64,000 nucleotides of DNA from Balamuthia mandrillaris. Taxonomy: Eukaryota. The notes under the pieces were generated by a model that worked only from the letters and a program-made list of their open reading frames with translations, did not search any database and was not told the DNA's origin. Below are positions 53,838 through 64,000 of the stretch, in pieces. The translations under genes and the position numbers were made by a program. The stretch is from the NCBI GenBank assembly GCA_031835245.2, contig JAVKOQ020000086.1, forward strand, positions 62,001 to 126,000, read 5' to 3'. Each line of letters starts with the position of its first letter. Within the stretch, counting starts at the first letter, position 1.

Positions 53838-54476
53838 TATTTCTCTTCTCTCTTCCCTCCTTTCTTGTCGCTTTCACCAACTGATTTTTTGTTAAAAGGA
53901 GTACAATTGGACTGGGCTTTGGGCCTCAAAGAAAGGCAAACTGGTGCGAAACTTCCTGCCAGAAAAGTTCGAAGAATACCATTGGGAGGTCTTGTCCAAC
54001 TGGCGGCGTTGCGTCTCTGTTTTACTTCTTTGCTTAGCCGTACGTCATTTCTTCTTTCTTCTTGTCCCTGCCCTTGTTCTTTTTCCCTTCTCTTCTTCTG
54101 CCTTTTTTACTTTCGCACCTTCCCTTTCTCATTGCTTATTGTTCTGTTCTTCTTTCCGCGAACAAACAAACCAAAAAAAAAAAAAATCAGATCTCCATCA
54201 CAGAGTTGAATGCTTTCTATCTCAAGTTCATCCTGTGGGTACCTCCGCCTCATCCCCTCAACATCGCGCGCCTGCTGCTATGGCTGGCCCTGGCCTTCCC
54301 CGCCCTGCGCGAGTACTACCAGTTCGTGTCGGATCCCAAGTGCTACAAGATGGGCTCCATGTCCTGGCTCTGCGTTTGCCTGTTCTCCACCGAGGCCTTG
54401 CTCTGCGTCAAGTTTGGTTGGGACATGTTCCCCAAATCCGTTCCTCCCGGTAAAACCAATTCCTCTTTTCTTCTCC

Positions 54477-54522
<46 letters not shown>

Positions 54523-54713
54523 GTTCTGATTGCTTTTTTTTAAAAAAACAGAGGTATTTTGGCCGTGGGTCTTCTTTCTGGTGGCCAGCGGAACGTTCGG
54601 AATTATTTACTTCAGCCGAAAGGGAAAAAGACCACCAGCCCCAGGGAAGCAACGCGCCACCGCGAACTGCAACCACAACAACAACAACAAAAAGAAGCAA
54701 AAGTAGGACATAG
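52377..54713 (+). CDS. Base-exchange phosphatidylserine synthase (PTDSS1/2 family), multi-exon
   Basis: [97 protein letters not shown]. Confidence 0.95.
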
Positions 54714-55474
54714 CGAAGAAAGAATGTCCCGCAACCCACCACGCAAAAACAACAATTCTGTAAGAAAGCAACTACGCATCCATACGTCGACGGAAAAGAG
54801 AAAAATAAAATGAACTCCGCTATGATTACGCAACGGCCATCGGAATAATCTGTCATGTTAGTCTTAAAATGGAGTTGCATGCAGATCACCATGACTACCG
54901 AACGTTTCTCGGACACGCCCGAACGTTTAACGGAGATCATTGCCTTTTTAGCGTTTAGGTTCCGATTCGCGATGAATTTTTCCTTTTTCTAACCATGACG
55001 ATCGGGTGAGTCTTTTTGCAAGAAGGTATCTTTGGCCCTTTTGAATTGCTTTATTGTGAGTGCTTGCCGAAGAGGATCTCCCTCGCACACACAATCAACA
55101 CAGTTCCCTCTCGTTTGGTTGCTTGACATCGGGACAAACGCACCTCCTGAGCTCATTTTTGGTCCTAATTGAGCATTATCCTCCAGCCGGGCGCGTTCAA
55201 AGAAAAAAAAAAAAACGATAGAGGGAGTTGACCTTTGTTCCTCTCCGTGCTTGCTCGGCTTGGTGGTTGCCCGTGGCCGTGTGTTGTTGCGGTACGTTCG
55301 CCTCCCTTATTCAGTATTATTGTTTTGTGTAAACAGGCGCTTTTCTGGTTCCTTTCTGTTGAATGTCTTTCTCCGTCATCTATTACCTCTATGGTTACCT
55401 ATTTGTGTTGACCTCTTTGGTTCTGGTTCCGTTTTGCTGTCTGGTAACTTTCTACCAACAAAAAAAATCTCCAG

Positions 55475-57910
55475 ATGGATCCACGGCCGACCTCATCTTC
55501 CTGTTCAACCGTATCTTCCTCCTCTTCATCTTCTCCTTCCATGTCTACTTCTTCAGCACAAGAGAGAAGGAGCTTTCCAACGGAAGATGAAGTGCAGGAG
55601 GAGGAGGAGGAAGAAGAGGAAGAAACAGAGGAAGAAGAAGCCACAGCAGAGGAACCACTGCCGTCCTACCGAGAGGAACAACCGGAAAGAGCGTTGCTAT
55701 CGGTGAGGAGCGAAATGGCGGGTCTCAGAGGGCAGGTGGGCGTGTTGGATGAAGAGGTGCGGGGCTTCGGGCGCCGGGTCGTTGAGATCAACTCGCGGAT
55801 CGACCGAATGTCTGAAATGTTGTCCTCTGCTCTGCGGTTGCTTCAACAACAAAAGCATCGGACAAGCAAACCAGCGAGAAGCAAAGGAGAAACTTCCAAC
55901 GTTTCATCTTCGTCTTCGTTGAAAGAAACAGAGGTTTCTTCTGGTGCTCCTTCTCCTTCATCAACAAGAAGAAAAGGAGAAAGAGCTCCATTCGTTCTGC
56001 CGGAGGCACCTGCCGGGAAGAGAGGAGCCACGAGTGAGGCAAGAAGGAGGGGAAGAGTGGAGCTGGAAGAAGCGGAGCTTGAAGAGGAAGGCGAGGCGAG
56101 TTCTTCCTCCGCCTCGGCGTCTCCCTTCTCTCCATCCTCAAAGAGCAAAAAGAAACAACGCGTTGGTGTTGGAGATTCTTCTTCTTCATTGGTGGCATCA
56201 TTACCTTTGGAGAATGTTTCAGGCCAAACTACGAGGTAGCTTTCTTCCTGTGCTTCTGTTTGCTCTTGTATTTCTGCTTCATCTCCTTCGCCCTAGTCTT
56301 CTATTTGTTCATCTTTCATGAAGGTCTCATTCTGTTTCATAATCAGCAGCAGTGCAAATGAAGCTCTAACTCCTCCAGCTTCGCCCTCTCTTTCTTCTAT
56401 GCCAGAAGAAATTCTTGCAGCCATCATTTCATTACTAGACCTACGGACACTCTGTGCACTATCTCTGGTATCGTCTCTCTTTCGTAGATTGGCGGACACG
56501 AGCATCTCGTGGAGGAGAATATACGAGGCGAGCATAGGACCGTCTCAAGCCATTATAGCGTCTTCCAAATCTCCTCCTTCCAATCCTCTCTTTGATGGAC
56601 GAGTTCAGCATCACGTTCGAGGGCCAGGTATCTTCTATTCTCTCCCAAGTTTTACAGCCGACCCTTCCGTCTTTTTAACATTCAATGTCGTTGTTCAAAG
56701 ACTATTGGAAAGATCACGTGATAAGAGCCCGGAAGATAGCAAGACGATGGGCTGAAGGAGGCACGCAACATACGTTGTATGGACACCTCCACAGCGTACA
56801 GTTTTTGCAGTTTGAAGATGAAGTGCTGCTAAGTTGCGATGAAAATATGTTGAAAGAATGGGATCTGAAAAGCCTCTCAGTGGTGGATTCTTTCACGAGC
56901 AACGCTCCGATGGTTCACTTCAGATTCAACAGGTACGCTTGTGCATCCCCCTTTGTATTTTCGGTTAGTTTTATTCATGAAGTTTAACGGCTACTGTAAC
57001 GACATTAGAGAAAAGTTGGTGATAACCAACAAAGAAGCTACCAGGGTCTATGACATGGTCAGCAAACAGTTTTGCTTCAGTTTAACAGATTCTAAGAGCG
57101 AGCTCTTTCGAGTGGCGTTGGACTCAACTCGCTGGATTCTCACTGGATGTTGGGATGGTTTTCTCTCGTACGTTCTTTATAGCTTCTTGTGCCCCTCTTC
57201 CAGCTTTTATGTCTCTTCCTGTTTCCAACTTCTAGTTATCACCCTAGAACTTGGGATAGTAATACTGGCCAAAGGGTTCAAACAATCCCTGCTCACAAAT
57301 ATCCTGTCTATTGCCTGGATTTTTCTTCCCATTTGTTAACCTCTGGAAGGTACAATTCCTCTCTTCTTCCCTCTTGTTCAAGCTTGTTCTGAGGTCACAC
57401 CCCTTCCTTCGTTTAATCGTTTCTGTAGTTCGGACAAGAAGATTCATGTCTTCGATCGCCACACAGGCAAACTCATTCAAGCCCTTCGCGGACACGCCAT
57501 GACTGTCTACTCCTTAGTTTTAAACGAGGCCACTCGCACCATCGTCAGCGGCTCCAAAGACTCCTCCATTCGTCTCTGGGATTTACGGCAGGCCAAATGT
57601 ATAGCAGTTTTGAACGGACACAGCGATGCTGTCAACTGCGTTCGTTTCGATGCAACACGCATCGTTTCAGCCTCCAGCGATGCTCTTATCAAGGTCACTC
57701 TTTGTCTCTTCTGCTCCTCTTCTATGGACGATCACCGTCACCATGCTTAGTTTATTTTTGAACAATACAAAGGTATGGGACTTACGGACTGGAAAGTGGT
57801 TATACGGTCTTCCAGGACACACTGGTCCTGTACACGATTTGCAGTTTGATGAAAGCGTGATTGTGTCCGGAGGTGCCGACCGAACCATCAAAGTTTGGAG
57901 TTTTGCATGA
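55475..57910 (+). CDS. F-box/WD40-repeat protein, multi-exon
   Basis: F-box LSSMPEEILAAIISLLDLRTLCALSLVSSLFRRLA..W; WD repeats GH...SGSKDSSIRLWD, GHSDAVNCV, GHTGPV...SGGADRTIKVW. Confidence 0.92.
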
Positions 57911-58104
57911 TCACTGGACATTGCAATCATTTTGTTTTTTGTTTTCTGTTCTTTGTTTTTTTTTGTTTTTTTGTTTTCATTGTTTTGGTTTGTTTTTGTT
58001 CCTTCACGCTCCAAGGAAAACAGTTTTGTCGTTCTTTTGTTTTTTTGTAATTATTTTTTTAAAGAATATATGTATAGCCATGAGATTAGATAGGAGAGAA
58101 ACTC

Positions 58105-58270
58105 ATGGACCTGAGCAAGGACATGAGATAAGATAACGAGATAGGACATGATCAAGGACACGAGAGAGGTTATGAGAGAGTACTTGAGCCAGGACATGAT
58201 CAAGGATACGAGAGAGGTAAGGAGAGAGTGCTTGAGCCAGGACATGATCAAGGACATGAGAGAGGTCATA
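58105..58270. repeat. 48-bp (4x12-bp) tandem repeat GGACATGATCAAGGACACGAGAGAGG...
   Basis: About 2.5 copies plus degenerate 12-mers; related to 2769-2840. Confidence 0.85.
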
Positions 58271-58318
58271 CATTACGACGAAAAAATAAAAAAAAAATGG
58301 AAAAATAAAAAGGCAGTA

Positions 58319-61300
58319 ATGCCAACGAGAGGAAGCCAACGCAACGACGACTACCGCCATGGCGATGCGGGTACCTCGATGCCAGTCGACCTCTACCGAC
58401 GAGGCCGGTGGTTGGTTCTGGTGGTGGACGTTCCAGGTTGGAAGAAAGACGAGGTCGAGGTCGAGTTTCGCTCCCTTCGCTCCGACCAAGAGAGAGATGA
58501 GCGAGAGAGGCGAAAGCAGAGGAATCACATCATTTTGAGGAAAAAGAAGGTGCCCACCATCAAAACGGAGAAGAAGGACGTAAGGGCAGTGGAGCATTTT
58601 CTCAACGAGAGAATCGACAGCTTTGACGGCGGCTCTTGGCTCGACATTATACCGTCTAACGCCATAGAGAAGCAGACGAAGAATGAGGAGCGAAAAGTGG
58701 ATCTGCCGAATGGGCTGAGACTCTCCAGGAAGAGTCTCCGTTGGGAGCTTCGCATGGGAGTGTTGAAGTTGAAGCTACGCGTCAAGTCGGACGACAAGCA
58801 GCGGACATGCATTGCGGTTCGCTTTTCGAGCGACGGCATTACCACGAACATCGAACGGCCGAAGAAGAAGAAGAAGAAAGAAGAGCAGGAAAACTTGGAA
58901 GCATTGTTTCCTATGGAAGAACAAATGGATGAAGGTGAAGAAGTGGATGACGATGCTGATGATGATGAAGACGACGACGATGATGAAGCAGAAAGAGAAC
59001 GGAAACGAAACGAAATAGAACTACTAGAGAGAGAAAGATTTGAAAGAGAGAGACAGGAGCGAGAGCATCAACGAGAGCGAGAGAGACTAGAAAGAGAAGA
59101 AAGCGAGCGAGCGAGGCAAGAAAGAGAAAGATTAGAAAAAGAAAGACACGAGCGTGAAAGAGAAGCAAGAGAGCGACGAGAACGAGAGAGAAATGAACAA
59201 GACAGACTAAACCGTGAAAGACGAGAACGAGAAAGGCTTGAAAGAGAACGGTTAGAAAGAGAAAAACAGCAAGAACTAGAAAGACGAGAGCGAGAAAGAA
59301 TTAAGCGCGAGAGACGAGCACTAGAGCTAGCGAAAGAACGAGAAAGAGAACGACAACGAAAGCAACCACCAGAAAGAAAAGAACAGGAAGAAGAACAGGA
59401 AGGAGCAAAAGCAGCCCCTAGAATAAAAGTGGAAAGAGGAGAATGGAGAGAGAGGTACGATGACGGAGATTGGGCCTTTTTGTTGGAACTGAAACGAGTC
59501 TTAGCAAAGAGAAAGCAACGAGAAGCTGAACTTCAACAATATTATCAACAATATGAACAACAGCAGCAACAGCGTCGCTATCAACCTCAACAACAGCAAC
59601 AACAAATTCATCCACAACGTATTCTTCTTCATCACCATCAACAAGAAAGCGAACAAGAGCACAAAACCAATGTTACAGTGACGCATTCACGAGAAAAAGA
59701 GAAAGAGAAAGAGAATGAGAAAGAGAAAGAGAAAGAGAAAGAGAAAGAGAAAGAGAAAGAGAAAGAGAAAGAGAAAGAGAAAGAGAAAGAGAAAGAGAAA
59801 GAGAAAGAGAAAGAGAAAGAGAAAGAGAAAGAGAAAGAGAAAGAGAAAGAGAAAGAGAAAGAGAAAGAGAAAGAGAAAGAGAAAGAGAAAGAACACTGTG
59901 ACGAGGATGACTACGAAGAGGATGATGAAGAACAAGAAGATGCGGAAGGACGATCGATAGGAAAGTTGGGTCAACGGGTAAGAAGCTCTTCTGGGAGTCG
60001 AAGAAGCATGAAATGGAAAGGAGAGACGCTAAAGCGAAGGAAAGATGCCGTAAGACAGGTTCGAAAAAGTTGGATGTTGAGAGAACAGGAAGTGAGAGAG
60101 ATGCTAGAGCAAGAAGAGAAAACAGAGGAAGAACGGAAAGCAAAGAGATCCACAAGAAGCAGGACGACGTCAACGACGGAAGGGTCCCTTCACCTTCCTT
60201 CCGATGGGTTTTCTTCTTCCTCTTCCGCCGTTGAGCTTCATTCTGCTTCATATGCAAAGCAAGAAGAACAAAGTGAAGGTGATGGAAGTGTAATGACGAT
60301 TCGTTCAGCTTCATTGCCTCTGTTGCCTATCGAGTCGTTAGTGGTAAAACATGATGGAGAAGAAAAAGAAGCGGAAGAAGAAAGAGAAGGCGATGAAGAT
60401 CGACAGAAGCAAAATGGCGAAGAACACGAAGAAAAGGATTTGTACTCTACAAATGCGATGATATCACTTCGTACCAACCGGGACAATGAAAACGAGAATG
60501 AGGAGACGAGGGCAGATGAAGAAGAAGAAGAAGAAGAAGAAGAAGAACATGGTGATGAAGAACGGAAAGACGATGATGATGATGAAGATGAAGCACAAGG
60601 AGGAGAAGGATGCGAAGGTAGAAGAGAAGAAGGTGGAGGAGGAGATGAACCCGAAACAGAACGAGAGGAGAAGCAGGAGAAAAAAGAGGACGGAAAAGAG
60701 AAGCAAGAAGCTAAGAATGAACCAAAACAACGCGAGGAAGAATGTACAAAGGGTAGAAAAACGCGGCATAAACACGCCCCGAAACGAAAAGAACGAAAAA
60801 CGCAGATATACAAAGAAGACGAGAAGTCTTCAAAAACGAAAGAAAGATATACTTCTGACGAAGAACGATCCTTGGATTACAGCTCAACGGACAGAGAAGA
60901 AGAGGAAGAAGAAACAAGCGAAAGCGATATAGAACGGGTAGAGCGTTCCTCCAGTGGTCCTGTATTAACAAAACGCACGAGAATGAAGAAGAAAGAGGAA
61001 CCGATGTTCAAACGACTCACAAAGACGAGATCCGTTGCTGGGATAAGAACGCAACAAGAAGAAGAAGAAGAAAAAGAGAAGGCAAAGTTGAGAAAGAAGA
61101 AGAGAGCAAGCTTTGGACCAGACATGCTTTGGCGGAGGAAGAAGGAAACCGATGATGAAGAAAGCGAGGAGGGATCACCAACAATGAAGAAAAAGAAGAA
61201 GAAACGAAAGCGACGAGAACGAGTAAACAGTTTGAAGCATGCGTTAACTTGCTCTTGGGGTCAACATCACCATCACGACATGAATGAATCACCAGAAGAA

Positions 61301-61393
61301 CGAGAAGAAGAAGGCGATGACAAAGTAAAAGCGAAGAAAAAGGAAAAGACAAGGAAGAAAGAGGAAGAAAAAACAAAGCAAAGAGAAGGTTAA
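58319..61393 (+). CDS. Intronless protein with N-terminal HSP20/alpha-crystallin-like domain and a very long charged low-complexity tail
   Basis: PVDLY...LVLVVDVPGWKKDEVEVEF; ERKVDLP; LRMGVLKLKL; ER- and EK-rich repeats; frame open from 58148. Confidence 0.7.
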   Translation: MPTRGSQRNDDYRHGDAGTSMPVDLYRRGRWLVLVVDVPGWKKDEVEVEFRSLRSDQERDERERRKQRNHIILRKKKVPTIKTEKKDVRAVEHFLNERIDSFDGGSWLDIIPSNAIEKQTKNEERKVDLPNGLRLSRKSLRWELRMGVLKLKLRVKSDDKQRTCIAVRFSSDGITTNIERPKKKKKKEEQENLEALFPMEEQMDEGEEVDDDADDDEDDDDDEAERERKRNEIELLERERFERERQEREHQRERERLEREESERARQERERLEKERHEREREARERRERERNEQDRLNRERRERERLERERLEREKQQELERRERERIKRERRALELAKERERERQRKQPPERKEQEEEQEGAKAAPRIKVERGEWRERYDDGDWAFLLELKRVLAKRKQREAELQQYYQQYEQQQQQRRYQPQQQQQQIHPQRILLHHHQQESEQEHKTNVTVTHSREKEKEKENEKEKEKEKEKEKEKEKEKEKEKEKEKEKEKEKEKEKEKEKEKEKEKEKEKEKEKEKEKEHCDEDDYEEDDEEQEDAEGRSIGKLGQRVRSSSGSRRSMKWKGETLKRRKDAVRQVRKSWMLREQEVREMLEQEEKTEEERKAKRSTRSRTTSTTEGSLHLPSDGFSSSSSAVELHSASYAKQEEQSEGDGSVMTIRSASLPLLPIESLVVKHDGEEKEAEEEREGDEDRQKQNGEEHEEKDLYSTNAMISLRTNRDNENENEETRADEEEEEEEEEEHGDEERKDDDDDEDEAQGGEGCEGRREEGGGGDEPETEREEKQEKKEDGKEKQEAKNEPKQREEECTKGRKTRHKHAPKRKERKTQIYKEDEKSSKTKERYTSDEERSLDYSSTDREEEEEETSESDIERVERSSSGPVLTKRTRMKKKEEPMFKRLTKTRSVAGIRTQQEEEEEKEKAKLRKKKRASFGPDMLWRRKKETDDEESEEGSPTMKKKKKKRKRRERVNSLKHALTCSWGQHHHHDMNESPEEREEEGDDKVKAKKKEKTRKKEEEKTKQREG
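59693..59892 (+). repeat. Coding (GAGAAA)n hexamer giving an (EK)n tract
   Basis: Directly visible, about 30 units. Confidence 0.95.
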
Positions 61394-61466
61394 ACTTGCT
61401 CTCTTTCTTATTTGTATAGTAGTATTTATAAACTCAAAAACAAGCAAAGAAAAAGAGAAGAAAGCG

Positions 61467-62306
61467 TTACAGAGCATCCGCAGTAAGTGGTTTCCAAGGA
61501 GAATACCGTTTGTCCAAACAAATGAAGCGGGTGGCGCATCCTCCTCTTTCAAAATAATCGTTCAACTCTTCCACATCGTGCAACCAAGCGGGCAAGCTTC
61601 GCTCACTGTAGTTCGGAAGAATGTACACTTCTTTCACGGAGGAAGGAAGTCCTCTTTTCAACATTGTTGCGAGGTCACAGAGAAAGATGGTGCTGAGCAA
61701 GTACAAGCGCCGAAGAGAGGAAGGAAGATCGGAGAAGCTCGCTTCTATCTTGGTGCTGCTAAAAAAACTGCTTCCAACCCTGCAGTCCAACAAGCAAAAG
61801 CTTCTCAACGTCCTTGGCAAGCTCTTACACAGCCGATTCACCGTTGGAACCCAAAATTCTTCCTCGTCGAAAAGAGTGCTGTCCTCGTGTGTCTTTTTCA
61901 TCGATAGGTGCCAGCGGGGGTCTCCCCCCAGAGAGAAGACGTGCAAATGGGGAGGAAGAGCATGCACCACTTCGCCAAAGCGTTGCAACAAGTCGGGATG
62001 GCAGTGATGGAGGAGGAGGGTGTGCAAGCCACGGGGGAGCAGCTCCAGGAGGCGCTGGTCCAACTGCCTGCAGTACTCCGCGGAGAAGGTGTGGAGGGCT
62101 GGGGTTTGTTGGGAGAGGGAGAGGAAGCCCTCGGCCGTGAAGTTGCCACAGTGAGAGAGGACCAGCTTGCGGAGGGTGGAGGGCAGAATGCCCAACACCT
62201 TGTTGTTCAGTTTGTGGCAGTACGCGAAGTCTTTTGTTCGTTTGCAATGCGTGTGAGAGAGCAGAAAGAACATAAGAGGAGAGAACAAGGGGGAGGGAGA
62301 AGCATT

Positions 62307-62338
<32 letters not shown>

Positions 62339-63119
62339 GAGAGAGAGGAGAAAAGAAGGAAGCAGAGAACCAACCCAAGACCTGAATGGAGGAAGAGATG
62401 GAGGAGAGGCGGCGCAACAAGGAAGTGGCAGCATTGTTGCTGAGCCTGGCGGGCATGCGGAAGTAATAGAGCTGGGAGAGGGCCAAGGAGCGGAGCTCCC
62501 CGTTGCTCAGGCTGATGGCCAAGAGGTCCTTGCTGTCCAGGTAGGAGAATATCACTGCCAGCATCTCCGGTGGAAGTGTCCCCACCCCTTCTTCTTCTTC
62601 CTCCTCTTCCTCCTCCACCTCCGCTTCTTCTTCTTCTTCTTTTTGTTCTTGTTCTTCTTGTTGTGCTTCATCGTGGAGAGGTGCCATGGCTTGTTCTTTG
62701 TCTTCTGTCCCATGTGGTTCTGCGCCTCCTCCACTTGCTCCTTCTCCTTCTTTTTGGTCTGCTGCTTCTGCCGCTTCTGCTTGGTTTTGTGGTGGTGTTG
62801 TTTGTTCTTCCTCTTCTACTCCTTCTACTTCTGCTTCTGCTTGGTCTTGTGGCAGTGGAAGGGGGAGGGCAGCTTGTTCTTTTTGTTGTTGTTGTTGTTC
62901 TTTGTGCCGCTTTCTTCTGAGTTTTGTTGCCATCTTTCTTCTTTGTTCCCTTCCGACCTCCCACTCATCCTCCTCTTCATCTTCATCCTCTCCACATTCC
63001 TCCTCCTCCTCCTCCTCCTCCTCCTGCTTCTCCCCTTCCGCTTCCTCCTCCTCCTCCTCTGCTTCCTCCTTCCTCCTCGCCTCTTCTTCTTGGCTTGTTA
63101 TCTCCTCTTTTCTTTCCAT
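61467..63119 (-). CDS. F-box/leucine-rich-repeat protein with acidic N-terminus, one intron near 62230-62380
   Basis: F-box TLPPEMLAVIFSYLDSKDLLAISL; LRRs LPSTLRKLVLSHC, LPRGLHTLLLHHC, LPRTLRSFCL, LPSSLRRLYL. Confidence 0.88.
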
Positions 63120-63311
63120 TTTTTATTATTTGTGAATTACTGTCGACAAAACTTTACTCAGATGGCAAAATGTCCCAATTTATCGATATCAACGGAAATT
63201 ATCGATAACCTGGAAAAGTTGTTCACAAAATGGCAAATATTCAATAAATATTAACAATGTCGACAACATTCACGTTCATCGCAGAAGAAGAAGACTGTCG
63301 CATTCTCTGGT

Positions 63312-63955
63312 TCAACAACGCGCGATAGCCAGGCCATCACCACGAGGATCAGAGCCACCCCACATCACCCATCTCCCTTCCCTCTCTTTCTTCGCCAGAA
63401 TAATTTGGCCTCTTCCAAACAACGAACGCTCGTTGCCGCTGATAACAAAGCCTCTTCCCTCCTCTCCCTCTTCTGCTTTCCTTTCTTCCACGCTGTGGCC
63501 TTTTTGCTTTAATCCCTTGATCACTTGTTCCGAGATTCCTTCTTCCAATGCCACTCTGCTTGTCGTTGTTCCTTCTCCTTGTTGACCGATGGAAGTGGTT
63601 GCCAAAATACAACAGCGAGGAGCGTCCAGCGCTTGTTGTGGGTCCATCTTAAAATCGATCATGTTGAGAAGCACTTGAAGATGTCCTTGTGGCTGCATAA
63701 ATGCGCCCATCACGCCGAAACAGCAAAAGAGGTCTTCTTTTTGTTGTCCGTTTGGAGGTATTCTTGTAGCCATTCCTTTTTTTTGTTTTTTTGTTAGTTC
63801 CCATTACAGAATAAAAGAAAAGGCAGAGAAGAGCAATACGAACCGGGAATAATGGTATGATAGGGCCGTTTGCGAGGAGCTAAGGCATTGGGATGGCCTT
63901 CCAACATGCTGAAATTGTGCCCTCTGTTATGTAACGTAAATCCACATCCTTTTAT
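63312..63955 (-). CDS. Gamma-glutamyltransferase family protein, 3' part only
   Basis: [62 protein letters not shown]. Confidence 0.93.
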
Positions 63956-64000
63956 ATTGTTGAAACGATATATGTGAGAAAACTCAAGCAAGAAGAAAGA

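Noticed and set aside
61908..63254. Long antisense ORFs (also 48245-49336, 37054-38142, 33147-34172, 2134-2874)
   Set aside because: Shadow frames opposite real genes with biased, low-complexity codons

Overview
Gene-dense eukaryotic nuclear DNA with about 29 intron-containing or intronless protein genes, short spacers and microsatellite-laden introns. The gene set and style suggest a free-living amoebozoan (Acanthamoeba/Balamuthia-like); this is inference only. Recognisable genes: DMAP1/SWC4, an Asp/Asn beta-hydroxylase-family protein, CRY-DASH, a CUE-PhyH dioxygenase fusion, an SH3-RhoGEF-PH-ankyrin-SH3 protein, a PYURF/Trm112-like protein, SFSWAP, RBM28/NOP4, eIF1, a matrin-type zinc-finger protein, thimet oligopeptidase, a NUP214-like nucleoporin, a CBS protein, calcineurin A, a PH protein, phosphatidylserine synthase, F-box/WD40 and F-box/LRR proteins, an HSP20-like protein and a partial GGT. 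Most notable after manual splicing: (1) a Speedy/RINGO-like CDK activator gene (46501-47690), a family described from animals; (2) a textbook AT-AC U12 minor intron in RBM28; (3) an intronless ADP-ribosyltransferase toxin-like gene; (4) two tandem small coiled-coil genes resembling DASH/Dam1 subunits; (5) a recurring TGTCGACA palindrome in upstream regions; (6) three B-box motifs spaced exactly 49 bp apart; (7) a candidate ~230-nt structured RNA. Exon boundaries were read by eye and family assignments rest on remembered motifs, not database searches.
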